A DNA stretch of 64,000 nucleotides from Thalia democratica (lineage: Eukaryota). The notes under the pieces were generated by a model. It was not told where the DNA came from and did not search any database. It saw only the letters and a list, made by a program, of their open reading frames with translations. Position 1 is the first letter of the stretch; each line of letters begins with the position of its first letter. The DNA is taken from positions 54,870,001 to 54,934,000 of the forward strand of contig OZ241828.1 of the NCBI GenBank assembly GCA_965202585.1. The letters are read 5' to 3'. Position numbers and translations under genes: made by a program. Below, one piece after another: positions 26,401-38,400 of the stretch.

Positions 26401-29400
26401 TTTGGTTTTTATTTGATAATTTTTAAATACACAGTTTACGATTATTTAAAACAAAATAATAGAATTAAATTTATATTATTTACATTCATTATATTATTAC
26501 TAAGTAGTTTTTTTTTACAGAACTTTGTTGAAACAACCAAGTTAGACAGATGGGGAGTTGTGAAGCAAGTGGTTGTTTATCAGAACGAAGAGCAATTGAA
26601 ATGCAGTGCTTATCAGTCGAACATGCTGAAAAAACTCCTTTCTACTCTGTTTGTAGTGAGTCAAAATGATTAAAAGTCGCCTTCTTATCGTTTGCAGTTT
26701 TGCATCGTTATTTTATTCGATCTCCATTTAGGTTTAGTGTTTAAAAAAAGATTATAATTTTTACAGGTACTAACTGGTGGATTGGGTGGTTTAGTTTTTT
26801 ATTGGAAGCCGGACTGGTGGTTGAAGTGTTCCCATGACAAATCAACTTTCAATAATTCTGATTATGTTCTGCTAGAAAGCGTTGACGATGCACATTCAAA
26901 ACAGGTTTGTTTTATTTTTTAGTTTTTGTATTTTTTAAGTACCGTGTAGGAAATAAAATACAAGGTGTTACAAATTAATTTTGCTGTTTTGAATAACGAT
27001 TTTTGGTTACCAACATCAGAGTGTTAATTTTGTTTGTTCAAATTAAACTGCAAATAGTAATATTTTTATTTTCAGGTATTTGTATCAAAACTCAAGTACA
27101 TGCCTTCTGATCAAGCCCATTTGATGAAAGTAGCTTACATGAAATCCGAAGCTAGGTATTTGTTCATGTTATACTGGTTTTCAAATTTATCCTTTTTTAA
27201 TAGCTTTCTTTAATGAGTTGGTTAAGTAAAATAACTTAATTAAGTTTATAAAAAATATTTTTGCTATAGTTTAAAAAATATTATTTTAGTTTTACATTTG
27301 CAAAATACATTATTTAGGTTTTTTTTAAGTTGGTAACTTCTTAAATATATATTTTTTGTATTATATTTAGATCAAGTGATTCAAATGAGAAAACTTCTTC
27401 TACTTTGTACTTTGTCCACCAAGGTTTAAAGTTTATTTGGAACAATAGCAAATTGGTTAGTTGTGATTTTTATTTTCATCTCAATTCACTCTTTTTTTAT
27501 GTTTTTTTATTCTCTTTATTAGGGTAGACACAAATTAAATTAGTTATACGAGTTTTACATAGTAATAATCCTAATACAAGCAAAAGCATAACTAAGTTAC
27601 AATCCATATACAAGCAAGAGTGTTACTTAGTGCTTATTTGTCTTAGACCTTTGTTGAGATAAGCGGGTTGGAAAAACGCGCGAACATCGAGCAAATTTAC
27701 AAGGATGCTGAGACTGGGTTGAGTCAAGATGATTGTAAAAACAGAAATAAGTTGTTCGGATCTAACGTCATCAGTGTCAAGGTAATTTACAGCTTGAATA
27801 TCTTGTTTTTTAAGGTTTAACTTGAAGATTTCTGCACTATTGAAGATAAGCACAAATTAAAACTAGTACTTTTTTGGAAATGAAAGAAGTCTTAAAATTT
27901 ATGAACACTTACTTAAACTGAGGTTTACATTTCATATGTATATCAAAAATTATAATAAATTTGTAATTAAAGTTATATTTTAGTAATTTACATGAAAACA
28001 AACGTCGAGTTAGATGAATTGTTTTTCAAATTTAAACAGCTAAAATATACTCAAAAAAAAACGAATTTTGACATTACCACTTATTTAAACTAAGGTTTAC
28101 ATTTTATATGTATATCAAATATTACAATAAATTTGTAATTAAAGTTATATTTTAGTAGTTTACATAAAAACAAACGTCGAGTTAGATATATTGTTTTTCA
28201 AGTTTAAACAGCTAAAATATACTCAAAATCAAAAACGAATTTTGGTTGTTGTTTGTTGTATTTAAAATAACTGGTTAAAATTTATAATTTAGTTGCTAAA
28301 CTGGACATTAGTTAACTAAAATTACTAATATAAATAATAATAGTAATAATAATAATAATGATATATATAATGATTTTTTAAAAATTATGTTTTTGACTAA
28401 TTTATTTCTTTTTTTTTATGTGTACACGGGGCATTAGTTTGTTGATAGCTAAGTTAAGATTTTTCTAGTTAGCCAGCCATTAAAGTCCTTATACTTGATA
28501 AAAGTACTATAAATTTATTTAATACATTTTAAAACCGTTAAACTAAAATATCTATTTAATTCAAAGGTGCGACCATGGTATGTGATTCTGTTCAAGGAAG
28601 TTTTGAACCCCTTCTACATATTTCAAATATTTTCGTGCACTTTGTGGTACTTAGACGAGTATGAGATTTACGCCTCTTTTATTGTCGCTTCTTCTGTGTT
28701 GTCTGCCATAGTTTCAGTTTACGAGGTTTGTAGAAAGTACAAAAAAAACATATTTAAGTCTTATTTTGGATATCAATTGATTAAAAATTGTTTAAAGTGC
28801 ATATAGAAAAACAAAAATTTATTTTCTATAACAAAAAAAGAAATATATATATATACGAAAATTAAGCAACTTTTCAAGCTTAAAAAATAAGCTACTTTTC
28901 AAGGTATACTTTTTATCTATAACCAAACAAAAATTAATCAAACAAATTTTATATTTCAATAAAGTACTTGTTCAACATCTCCTAGTTATACAAATCAGAC
29001 TAAACAATTTTTACCAAAGAACCGGCGAAGCGCCGTGAAGATTCGCAAGATGGTCGATTACCACAACAACACCATGACGACGGTGATGCGGAGGATGGGT
29101 GACGGAACCCAGATGGTGGAGAACATTTCTTCCAGCTTGTTGGTTCCTGGTGACGTCATAATCATTCCGGCGGGAGGAATGGAATTGTCTTGCGACGCCG
29201 CTCTGGTTTCCGGTCGGTTTAAAATGATATTTGTTTATTATAAACGATATAAAATATCTTTTTTACCTGAAAAGATTTTATGGAAAATAAAATACATCTA
29301 CAGTTTTTTATGTAATGACGAATAAAACAGATTTCATTTGTTAAAAATTTACCTAAGTCATTTTAATTAAACTTTGAGTTTGAATAGTACTGAACACTGT

Positions 29401-32400
29401 TTAAAAATTTGAATAGAATAGTTTTCCTTAATATATTTATTTTAATAACTATTTATCTTAACTAATATTTTTTTTTATCTTAAGCAATATTTACTGGTGT
29501 GCTTTTTGATAAATTAATTTGCTATTCTTGATTTTGAACTTTTATTGTATGCTCGTAAATGTTTTTATAACATGTAGTTTGCTCTTTAGTTATTGTAAAA
29601 CTTAAACTAAACGATGAAAACCAGCAACAACTTAATTTTTCAGGAGTTTGTATAACCAACGAGAGCATGTTGACCGGTGAGAGCGTTCCTGTCACAAAGA
29701 CGCCGTTGCCGCAGGGACAGCAAATGAACCAGCTGTTTTCAACTCAACTGCACAAAAATCACACACTGTTCTGTGGCACACAAGTTCTTCAAACCAGGTG
29801 ATTTTATTATTTTTAAGTGAAATAATATTGTATTTTAGTTTTTCAATTATTATTTTTGTTAGTTTTAAAAACTCAAGCTAAAAGAAAAAATTGTGTTTGA
29901 CAATTATTTTTGTTTTGTCGGTTTTAGTTATTAATTTTGCACTTATCTTTAGAAAATATTGTGGAAACAGTACTTTAATCATGTTTATAAATAGGATAAG
30001 AATATCTAAAGTGAGAGCTTTTTCTATAACTAATTCAAATAAAAAAACACATTTGGTATATTTTTCCTTCACAAGTACATAGTTATCAAACTAACACTTG
30101 CATATCAAATATAAAATTTTTTGCGAACAATCAAAAAGGTTTTACGCGGGGGAGCAAGTGAAGGCGGTGGTGATACGGACGGGGTTCCAGACGGCCAAGG
30201 GGAGGCTCGTGCACAGCATCAAGTACCCCAAGCCCGTCAACTTGAAGCTGCTGCAGGACGCCTACAGGTTCCTGTGCGTGTTGGGCGGCATCGCAATGTG
30301 CGGTTTCGTCTATTCCGTCGTGATAATGGTGGGTTGCGACTAGTGTTTTGTGGTTGACTTTGTATTTTTGTTTTAAATTCTTAATGTATTTAGAGTATAG
30401 TATTTTGAGATATTTAGTTAAAAATTTCGGAAGTTTTATATAATTTTTGGACATAAAGTTAACATTTTCCTCATTTATATCCATCAGTTTGAAGTAGTGT
30501 TTTATATGTTTTCAAAAAAACAAATAAAGTTATTGAGCTAAAATTCTTTTATGTTCAGTACAACAGCGGAGAATCGACTCGTGAAATAGCGCTGAGAGCT
30601 TTGGACATTTTCACCGTGGTCGTGCCCCCGGCGCTGCCCGTTGCCATGACAGTCGGGATAGTGTACGCCCAGCAGAGGCTGAAGAGGAGCAAGATATTCT
30701 GCCTGTCGTCACAGAGAATCAACTTGAGCGGGCAGGTAGTTATTTGTTTTATAAGTTGATTTTTTTTAGGTAAGTAATTTGTCACGAATTGAAAAAAAAA
30801 TAGTATAACCATAAACAAGTGTTCTTCAAAATGTGCTCACTGAAACACTCACATGACCTAAAGCTCTTTAATAATTATTTAATCAAAACCATGTTTTGCA
30901 CACCACCAGAAATTTAGAAACAACTATTGTTTTTAATCTAGGTATATTACTTATAGATATTTTACTTTACATTTAAGAAATAACTAATATTGTCTTAGGT
31001 TTGCAACTAGATTTCAAAGTTATGTAAATCGATGTGTTTTAGAATTATTTGATTACAACAAATCTTAAAACTATTAATGTTAATTTTAATTTAGTATAAT
31101 CGTTTTTAGTTTATCTAAAGTATTACAAATGTTTCAAGTAGATTAATTAATTATTGTTTACATTTTGAGATAAAATTTAATAATTAAAAAGTAATAATTT
31201 GTGGTAGTTTGTATAACTAAAAATATAATTATCTAAGTTTAATGTATTTATACTAAATTGGCTGAAAAACATTGTTTTTATATTAATTAAAAAATAAGTT
31301 GTGCATAGAATATTGTTTTAAATTGAATATGGTCTTGAAACAAGGATGATAACAGAAAAAATATATGCCAAATTTGTAAATTTAATGTTACTTAGTACTC
31401 CATAGATATTACAGAAAGTCTTAGTTTTTATTTCGAACACAAAATTTTTGTACATATGCTTAAATTTAGTTTTGTTACACTTTTTATCAACCAAAAAGGT
31501 GTTGTAAGCTCTTAATTGCATGTGAAAACTCACGTATTTTTTTAGATACAATGACCTTGATCTTGTGATATTTAGTAGACTGTAGTTAAAGTAAAAGTGT
31601 TGTGAGCAAAAATAACTTATTCATTCATTACATTTGTAAAAATGAAAACATTTTTTTTGTTTTAACTCGTGATCATTTTTAACAAATGGCGCGGTTAAGA
31701 AAACGTTGTAAAACACGCTCGTTATACCAAAGTCTTACATTTACTATTCTATCCCACAACAAATATTTTTGAATATCCGATTGCAGCACACAGAGCAGTG
31801 TTTTTAACGAAAAATTTTTTCTAACCAGATCGACGTGGTGGCCTTCGACAAAACGGGCACGATCACCGAGGACGGATTGGACTTGTACGAGGTGGTGCCT
31901 GTGACGAGGACGCGAGAAGGCGGGTGCAGGTTCGAGCCGGCGCTCCACCCCAAGCAGCTGAAGAGCGTTGACGAGCGGAGCTTGGAAGTGGTGAGATCGC
32001 TGGCAAGCTGCCACACGCTCACCAACATCGACGGAAAGCTGTGCGGCGACCCGCTCGACCTCATTCTGTTCGAAGCGACCGGGTGGAACCTGATCGAACC
32101 CGAGGTTTGAACTTTGTGTTTGTTGATGATGTTTGGTTTTACCGAAATATGTTTAAGTTTAATGCACCCTCGTTATGTTTTTTGTTGTCACTTTTTTTTT
32201 GATAAAATTTATAACAAGTGTAACTTTTATTATTTATGCAGTTCCGTTTTTTTTTGTTTTTCAAACACAGTATCTACTCTTTATGGTGCTTATCGTATAA
32301 TTTATTAGTGTATAATGTTTTTTTTGAATAACTGCACCATGTTTCTTGCAATTACTCGCAAGTGGTCGAGTTCTGCTTGCAAAACAAATAAGCTTATGTT

Positions 32401-35400
32401 AGTTTAAATGTTTTAAACTTTAATTAAAATCTCGCGGTGGCTTGTTGCAGATTTGCCAAGTTTGTAATCTTGAACGCATTGCAGTATAGCAACTGGAGAC
32501 AAAAATCATCCATTAGATGAAAGGGGAATTGTGTTGAACAACTGTGTACACAATTGCCAGTTTAACTTCAAATAATTTCTTTGATTTTATCTTTTACTTT
32601 CAAACACACACACGTTTTTTTATTACATTTATACATTTATCTTATAATTATAATTAAACTTGACATATTTTTTTTATGGTTTTTCTGACTACTCTATATG
32701 TTTTTTTTATTTTATTTTCTAATGTGCTACTTTTCAAATTTAATTAAAGTCTGGTTAACTATTTTTCTAGCTGTATATTTATTATTCTGTTGGTGTGCCA
32801 ACATCCAATGTCTCAGTTGAGTCTGGTTGACTGTCTTTGGGTAGATTGTCAACCTGACCTTTTTGCTCAAATTTTTCCTGCAGACGGGGTGACTTTCTAG
32901 GAAGTTTATGCTTAGGACCCTCTGCAGGCAGCTTTTTATTTATATTACTTAAATTGGAAATAGTAAATATAAAATGCTTTTATGCTAACTTATAATTTAT
33001 AAGTGAATTTTATCTATCAATAATAGAGAATGTTTTATATAAGTTAAGGAAGACAATTGAGGTAATTAATATATTATATAAAAGAACATTAATAAAATAG
33101 TGTAAGCACTAGATTTTTAAAATATAAAATACTTTTAAAACCTTTATGTATCACTTGGCAAAATTGCAAACTCAATAATAAACCAAGCTTATTGCAGTAA
33201 ACTATAAAATAGTTAAAGACCTGTCAACTATTTAAATCTTTAAAAAAAAAGTTAAAACAGTTAAATAAACTTAAATAAAAACTTTTATAGAGCAATAAAC
33301 TATAAAAGGCTTAATTAACTATTAAACATCTAGCTCAAATATCTAGCGCAATTGAACACACAGTTTAAATATTAACTCTATATTTAAACTATACTTACAA
33401 TTAATATGCATTAATAATGTTCAAATTGAATTCTTTTAGTAGATTCTTTTCTCAACTACACAAAACACAACTAACTGTACAAGTCAATGTAATTGTTATG
33501 TTTTTTATGGAATTTTGTTAATATCTTACGCCTCACTAAACCTTGTTCTCATTGACTCATTAGGTTGTGGGGTGATTATGAATTCACTTCCATATATGGC
33601 CGTTATTGTCCGGCTCTCATATTCAGAGTTCAAAATAATGAAAAATGCAATTAAATGCAGCACTTCACTACAGCTCATCAAATTTTTAATGAAAACGTGT
33701 ATAAGTTATTTAAAAATTGGAAGATTTACTAAAAGACCAAAAATATGAATTTTTTATTTCATTTATTATGTGTTTGTAATAGTTTTTAAGTAAGCGTTCA
33801 ACCTAGTTTTTTACCATGTTTATACATTAGTTTTTTTTTAAATTTTAATTTATTCAAGTTGAACACTCATCTTATGGAATTCTATCTAATGACTGTTTTT
33901 AATAGTTTTACTATATTCATTCTATGACGCTTCATCATAGTACGTTTGATAAGTGTGAAATGTAAAATCCGAAATATCAAAAATGTTTTTATTAAAATGT
34001 AATAAAAATGTTAATAAAAACACTTATATTTTCTACATTTACTATACTCATTAAATCACAAAAAATAGTTTAATAAGTTTAAAATGTATATTAATCAAAA
34101 TATCTATCAACAATTTACAAACATGTTAACAATTTGTTATGATATTAATTAGTTTTATTAATTTGTTATACACTACAGGCGGAAGAAGAATCTCAGTTCG
34201 ACAACATCCAAAGCACTTACGTAACTCCCGCCTTGTCTCTATCTGCTGTTAGTTTGAGTTTATACAATTAGTTAAAAATATATTATTGAAATAAACAGAA
34301 AAGCTGTTAGTTTGAAATTACTGATTAGACTTCTATAAAACTGGATTTACTTTTTTATTTCTCCACATTTATTTATTGTTTTCAAAGTTTGTTAAGCAAA
34401 CAAAGTTATAAGCTTTAAGAGCTCAACAGTGCAATAAATGAATAATTCTATTAAGTTTTTAATTCTATTTAAGCAAGAATAATTTATATAACGTACTGAT
34501 GAGTAAAACTGTATATGTCCTTTTTCTTTAATTAAAATACTTTGAAATGTTTTTTTACAAGAAAAATTGTGTTATATTTCAAACACGATAGAATAACGAG
34601 TTCAACCTCTTGTTGAAATAAAACGTTCCACGCCAGCTTCAGTGCAAATCTACTGACGTTTATGTAACATGTACTTCGAAACATTTCGAACAGAAAAACA
34701 TTTATCTTATAAAATATAATATATGAAAATACGTTAAAATATTTCTAATAGAAAAACGAGGCCAACTCCTCGGAGCACGAGGCGGGCATCGTCAAGTGCT
34801 TTCCGTTCGAGTCCTCCCTGCAGCGCTCGTCCGTGATAGTGAAGCCCACTTCGAGCGGCAGGAAGGAGATGGTGGCGTACATGAAGGGGTCGCCCGAGAA
34901 AGTTTCCACCCTCTGCACGCCCGACTCCCTCCCCGAAGACTTCCAGTCGACTTTGAAGGTTTTTTTAAAGTTGTTTCATAGTGTTAATTTTGTAATATTT
35001 CTTTAAGTTATGAAATATGTTCAAACGATTTTAGATTGCAGTTAAAAATACTTTTTCCACGTAAAATATTTATTTGAGCAGTTCTTTCAAAATTTATTAG
35101 TTTCCTTTTCAAAACAAAACAATTACTCACTAAGATAATGTACTTTTAATTGCAACTAATTGGGTATATAAAGTATTTCTGTAATTTTATACAAGTGAAG
35201 TGAATTAGGTATGTTTTTCTTTTTTTTTTTATTTCAAGTTGTTTTTAGAACTTCATTAAAAAAAACATACAAATCTATACTCAAAAATATGATCGTATTG
35301 AGCTGCTTTAAAAATTTATTTTGGCAATATAAATTATTACTTTATATAAGTTTCACTTTTTAGTTCGTAGTCGTAACATGATATATGTAAACTTTTCATT

Positions 35401-38400
35401 TAATAGAGAGTCAAAAGTGTTCTTGCTAAAATATTTTCAATTTGATTTAGTGTTAAATATTTTCAGTACAGTAGTTTGAAGTTGTATTGTAATAAAGTCA
35501 TGGTAGTTCTTAAATATTTTCGACTAATTAAACATAAAGTTTTTTGTAAATAGTTTAAAAACGACTGATAAAATGTTAATGGACAAGTTTGCGTTGCAAA
35601 TTCGAGCGAAGCTATTTCGCAATAAAACTTGAAAACAAATATTTAATTTTAGTTTAAAACGTAATGTAAGTACTCTTAATTCTCTTCTGGTAGCATATGG
35701 ACTTTGATTATTATGTGTAAATAATATCCAAGCATTGAGAAGTAGCTATAACAAACTCTAGTGTTTTATGTAAGTGATTAGTATATCAAGATTAGTGTAT
35801 AAAAATAATGTAAATGTTTAACTTGCTTTGGAAGATCTTTTGAATATTGTTTAGATTAATGCAGTTTTAAGGGGTGTAAAAGAAATTGCTTAGCATATTA
35901 AAAAACATTAATTATGTAAAGATAAAATAAATTTGCAATTACTTGCTTACTATAGTTATAAAAATGGTATAAACAAATTACTATTGTTTTTTTCAATAGT
36001 TTTTTTTTTATTTCTTAGAAGTAGTGTTAAAGTAAAAGTTATTTAAGTTCATTACTCAGACATACTACGTGAAATTTTAAAACTATTATTTGAACGCTGT
36101 GAGTGTGAGTAATTAATTATTTTAATAATATTGTTTAGAACAATTTGTTGGTAAATTTTAGTAAATAACTTGACAAATGTTGAATTTAAGCAAAAATTTA
36201 GTAGGAGCACGTTATTAAGTTTTAAGACAATTAGTTTTATCTATTTCACAAATTATTAGGCAACACTTTTATTGATGACCAAATAAACCTGTATAATTTT
36301 ACAAAGTTAACCGATAATGTGTACACACAGTTTGTATGTTTGTCTTTACTCGACGGGCTGTAAAAAACGTTGAAACAATATCAACCCAAAAATTAAGCAT
36401 GGCTTACTATTATCATTCTTGTTGCTTATACTTTTTAAGGCACTCTAATATTGTCTGTTTACAATGCAGTCTTTAAACTAAGATGTTAACAAACCATCAA
36501 CGATCAGGCGTACACGCAACAAGGGTACAGGATGATCGCGTTGGCCCACAAACCGCTCAACGCAAGCTGGTTGAAAGTGCAGAAGATCGAGAGGTCGAGT
36601 GTCGAGCGCGACCTGCAGTTCTTGTGCCTCGTCGCCCTGCAAAACAAGCTGAAGCCCCAGTCGCAAGGTGCTTAAAAATTGTTACTGCAAGTTTAATTTA
36701 AATGAAACGCTTGTCAGTTTTTTTTTTTCAGTTTTATTGTTTTAATGAGTTGTAAATAGTTTTTGTTATCTCTCAATCAACTGTTTGCAGTCAACTAATT
36801 TAAAGAAATTTTTATGTACAAATAAAATTAAAAATATTTTCAATTAAAATGTTCAACATGTTTTCCAGGCGCGCTGAAAAAGCTGAGAGACGCGGACATC
36901 CGCACCCTGATGGTGACCGGAGACAACCTGCTCACAGCGTTGAGCGTGGCCCAGGACAGCGGCATGGTCAGCGCTTACGACGACGTCATAATTGCGGAAA
37001 CGCGGTTGCCAAGCGACGGTGATGACGTCGACAAGCCGACGCTCGTATTTAAATACTGCGAAGGTTACTCGGCTAATTTCAACCCTGCAGATGTGTTAGT
37101 TGTTATATATATAGTCCACAATATTTTAAATAAAAATAATTTTTTATTTTAGTCAGCGAGAGTAAAGCTAAAGCAATTGATAAAACTTGCATTAAACTCA
37201 ATTTTTAATTGATATTTTACACTTAATAAGACTTTTGTATACTGAAAAATTCCTTTCAAATTTACTAAGTTCCTTAAAAATCCACAAAATATAACTTTTA
37301 AGAACTGTTACTCAAACTACTTAATGTTTTGATAAATGTATATAAAAAACATTCAGTTAGAGTCAGAGTCTTAAAATGATGAGTAACATGATTGATAATT
37401 ATATATTTTTAATTGTTATTGATGGAATTGCTTGAAACGACCTTGAAACAATGTTGAGGCGAGGGAAGAGGCCCACCGCTGGTTAAATAAAAACCCTCAC
37501 ACTCGCACACCTAAAATTCAACAACTTAAACTTTTTACCTTAATTTTAAAATCCGTTTTATATTACCTTAATGCTGGCAAAAAATTTACGTAAAACGTAA
37601 AGTTAAATTGTTGTTTAAAAACTATGATGGTTGAGTGCTCACATGCACTCGTATACCTGAATTTCTTCAATTTAAAAGTTTAATTATCTCAAGTTCTGAC
37701 TTCAATGTTTGTTTAAAGCAAAACTTTAACTTTTTTTATACAACCCCAATGCTAATGCAAACTTTCTGCAAAACTTAAAACTAAAATGTTGTTTGAAAGT
37801 TCGGGTGGTTGAGTGTTGAGCCGATGATTCATTGTTTCAGGTCCCAGCGGTGAGGCTGGTGATTGTGTTGATCGTGACGTCACAGTACGTCTCTTCAACT
37901 TTTCACTAGCCGGTAAAGGCCATATTTTTATGGTTTGAATTTGTACTTTTGTTGTTTGTTGAAGTTGTAATTAACATTTTTTTGAAGTTGAAACTGCATC
38001 ATTTTATTTAGATTGTTTACCTAATATTTAACATTTTTAAACGTTAGTCTCCTATAGTACTTGATTGAAAAAAAAAGGTCTTTTATCAAACACAAATATG
38101 TTTCAACAAATTTTCATTAGTGTGATGCAATTGTTACAAAATAAAGAAAATTATAAAGTTATATAGCCTTGTAATTGCATCAGAAATTAGTCAATTAAGC
38201 AAAACACAAAACAAAAAAAAGTAATTAAAGTTCTAAATAAACATAATTAAATATAACATAAGAGCACTAATTAACCAAACAAGGATAATGAATAATCAAC
38301 GTCTTTCTGCTTGCATAATTTTGGTTTATTTAAATGTGTGTATATTGCTTCAATTTTGACCAGGTCAAAAATACCGTAACAGCTTCTTAATATTTTAAAA

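Noticed and set aside
34496-34520. CTGATGAG motif
   Set aside because: No stem II or GAAA follows.
37430-37510. GC-richer block reading [16 protein letters not shown] with a GT
   Set aside because: No usable upstream AG acceptor.
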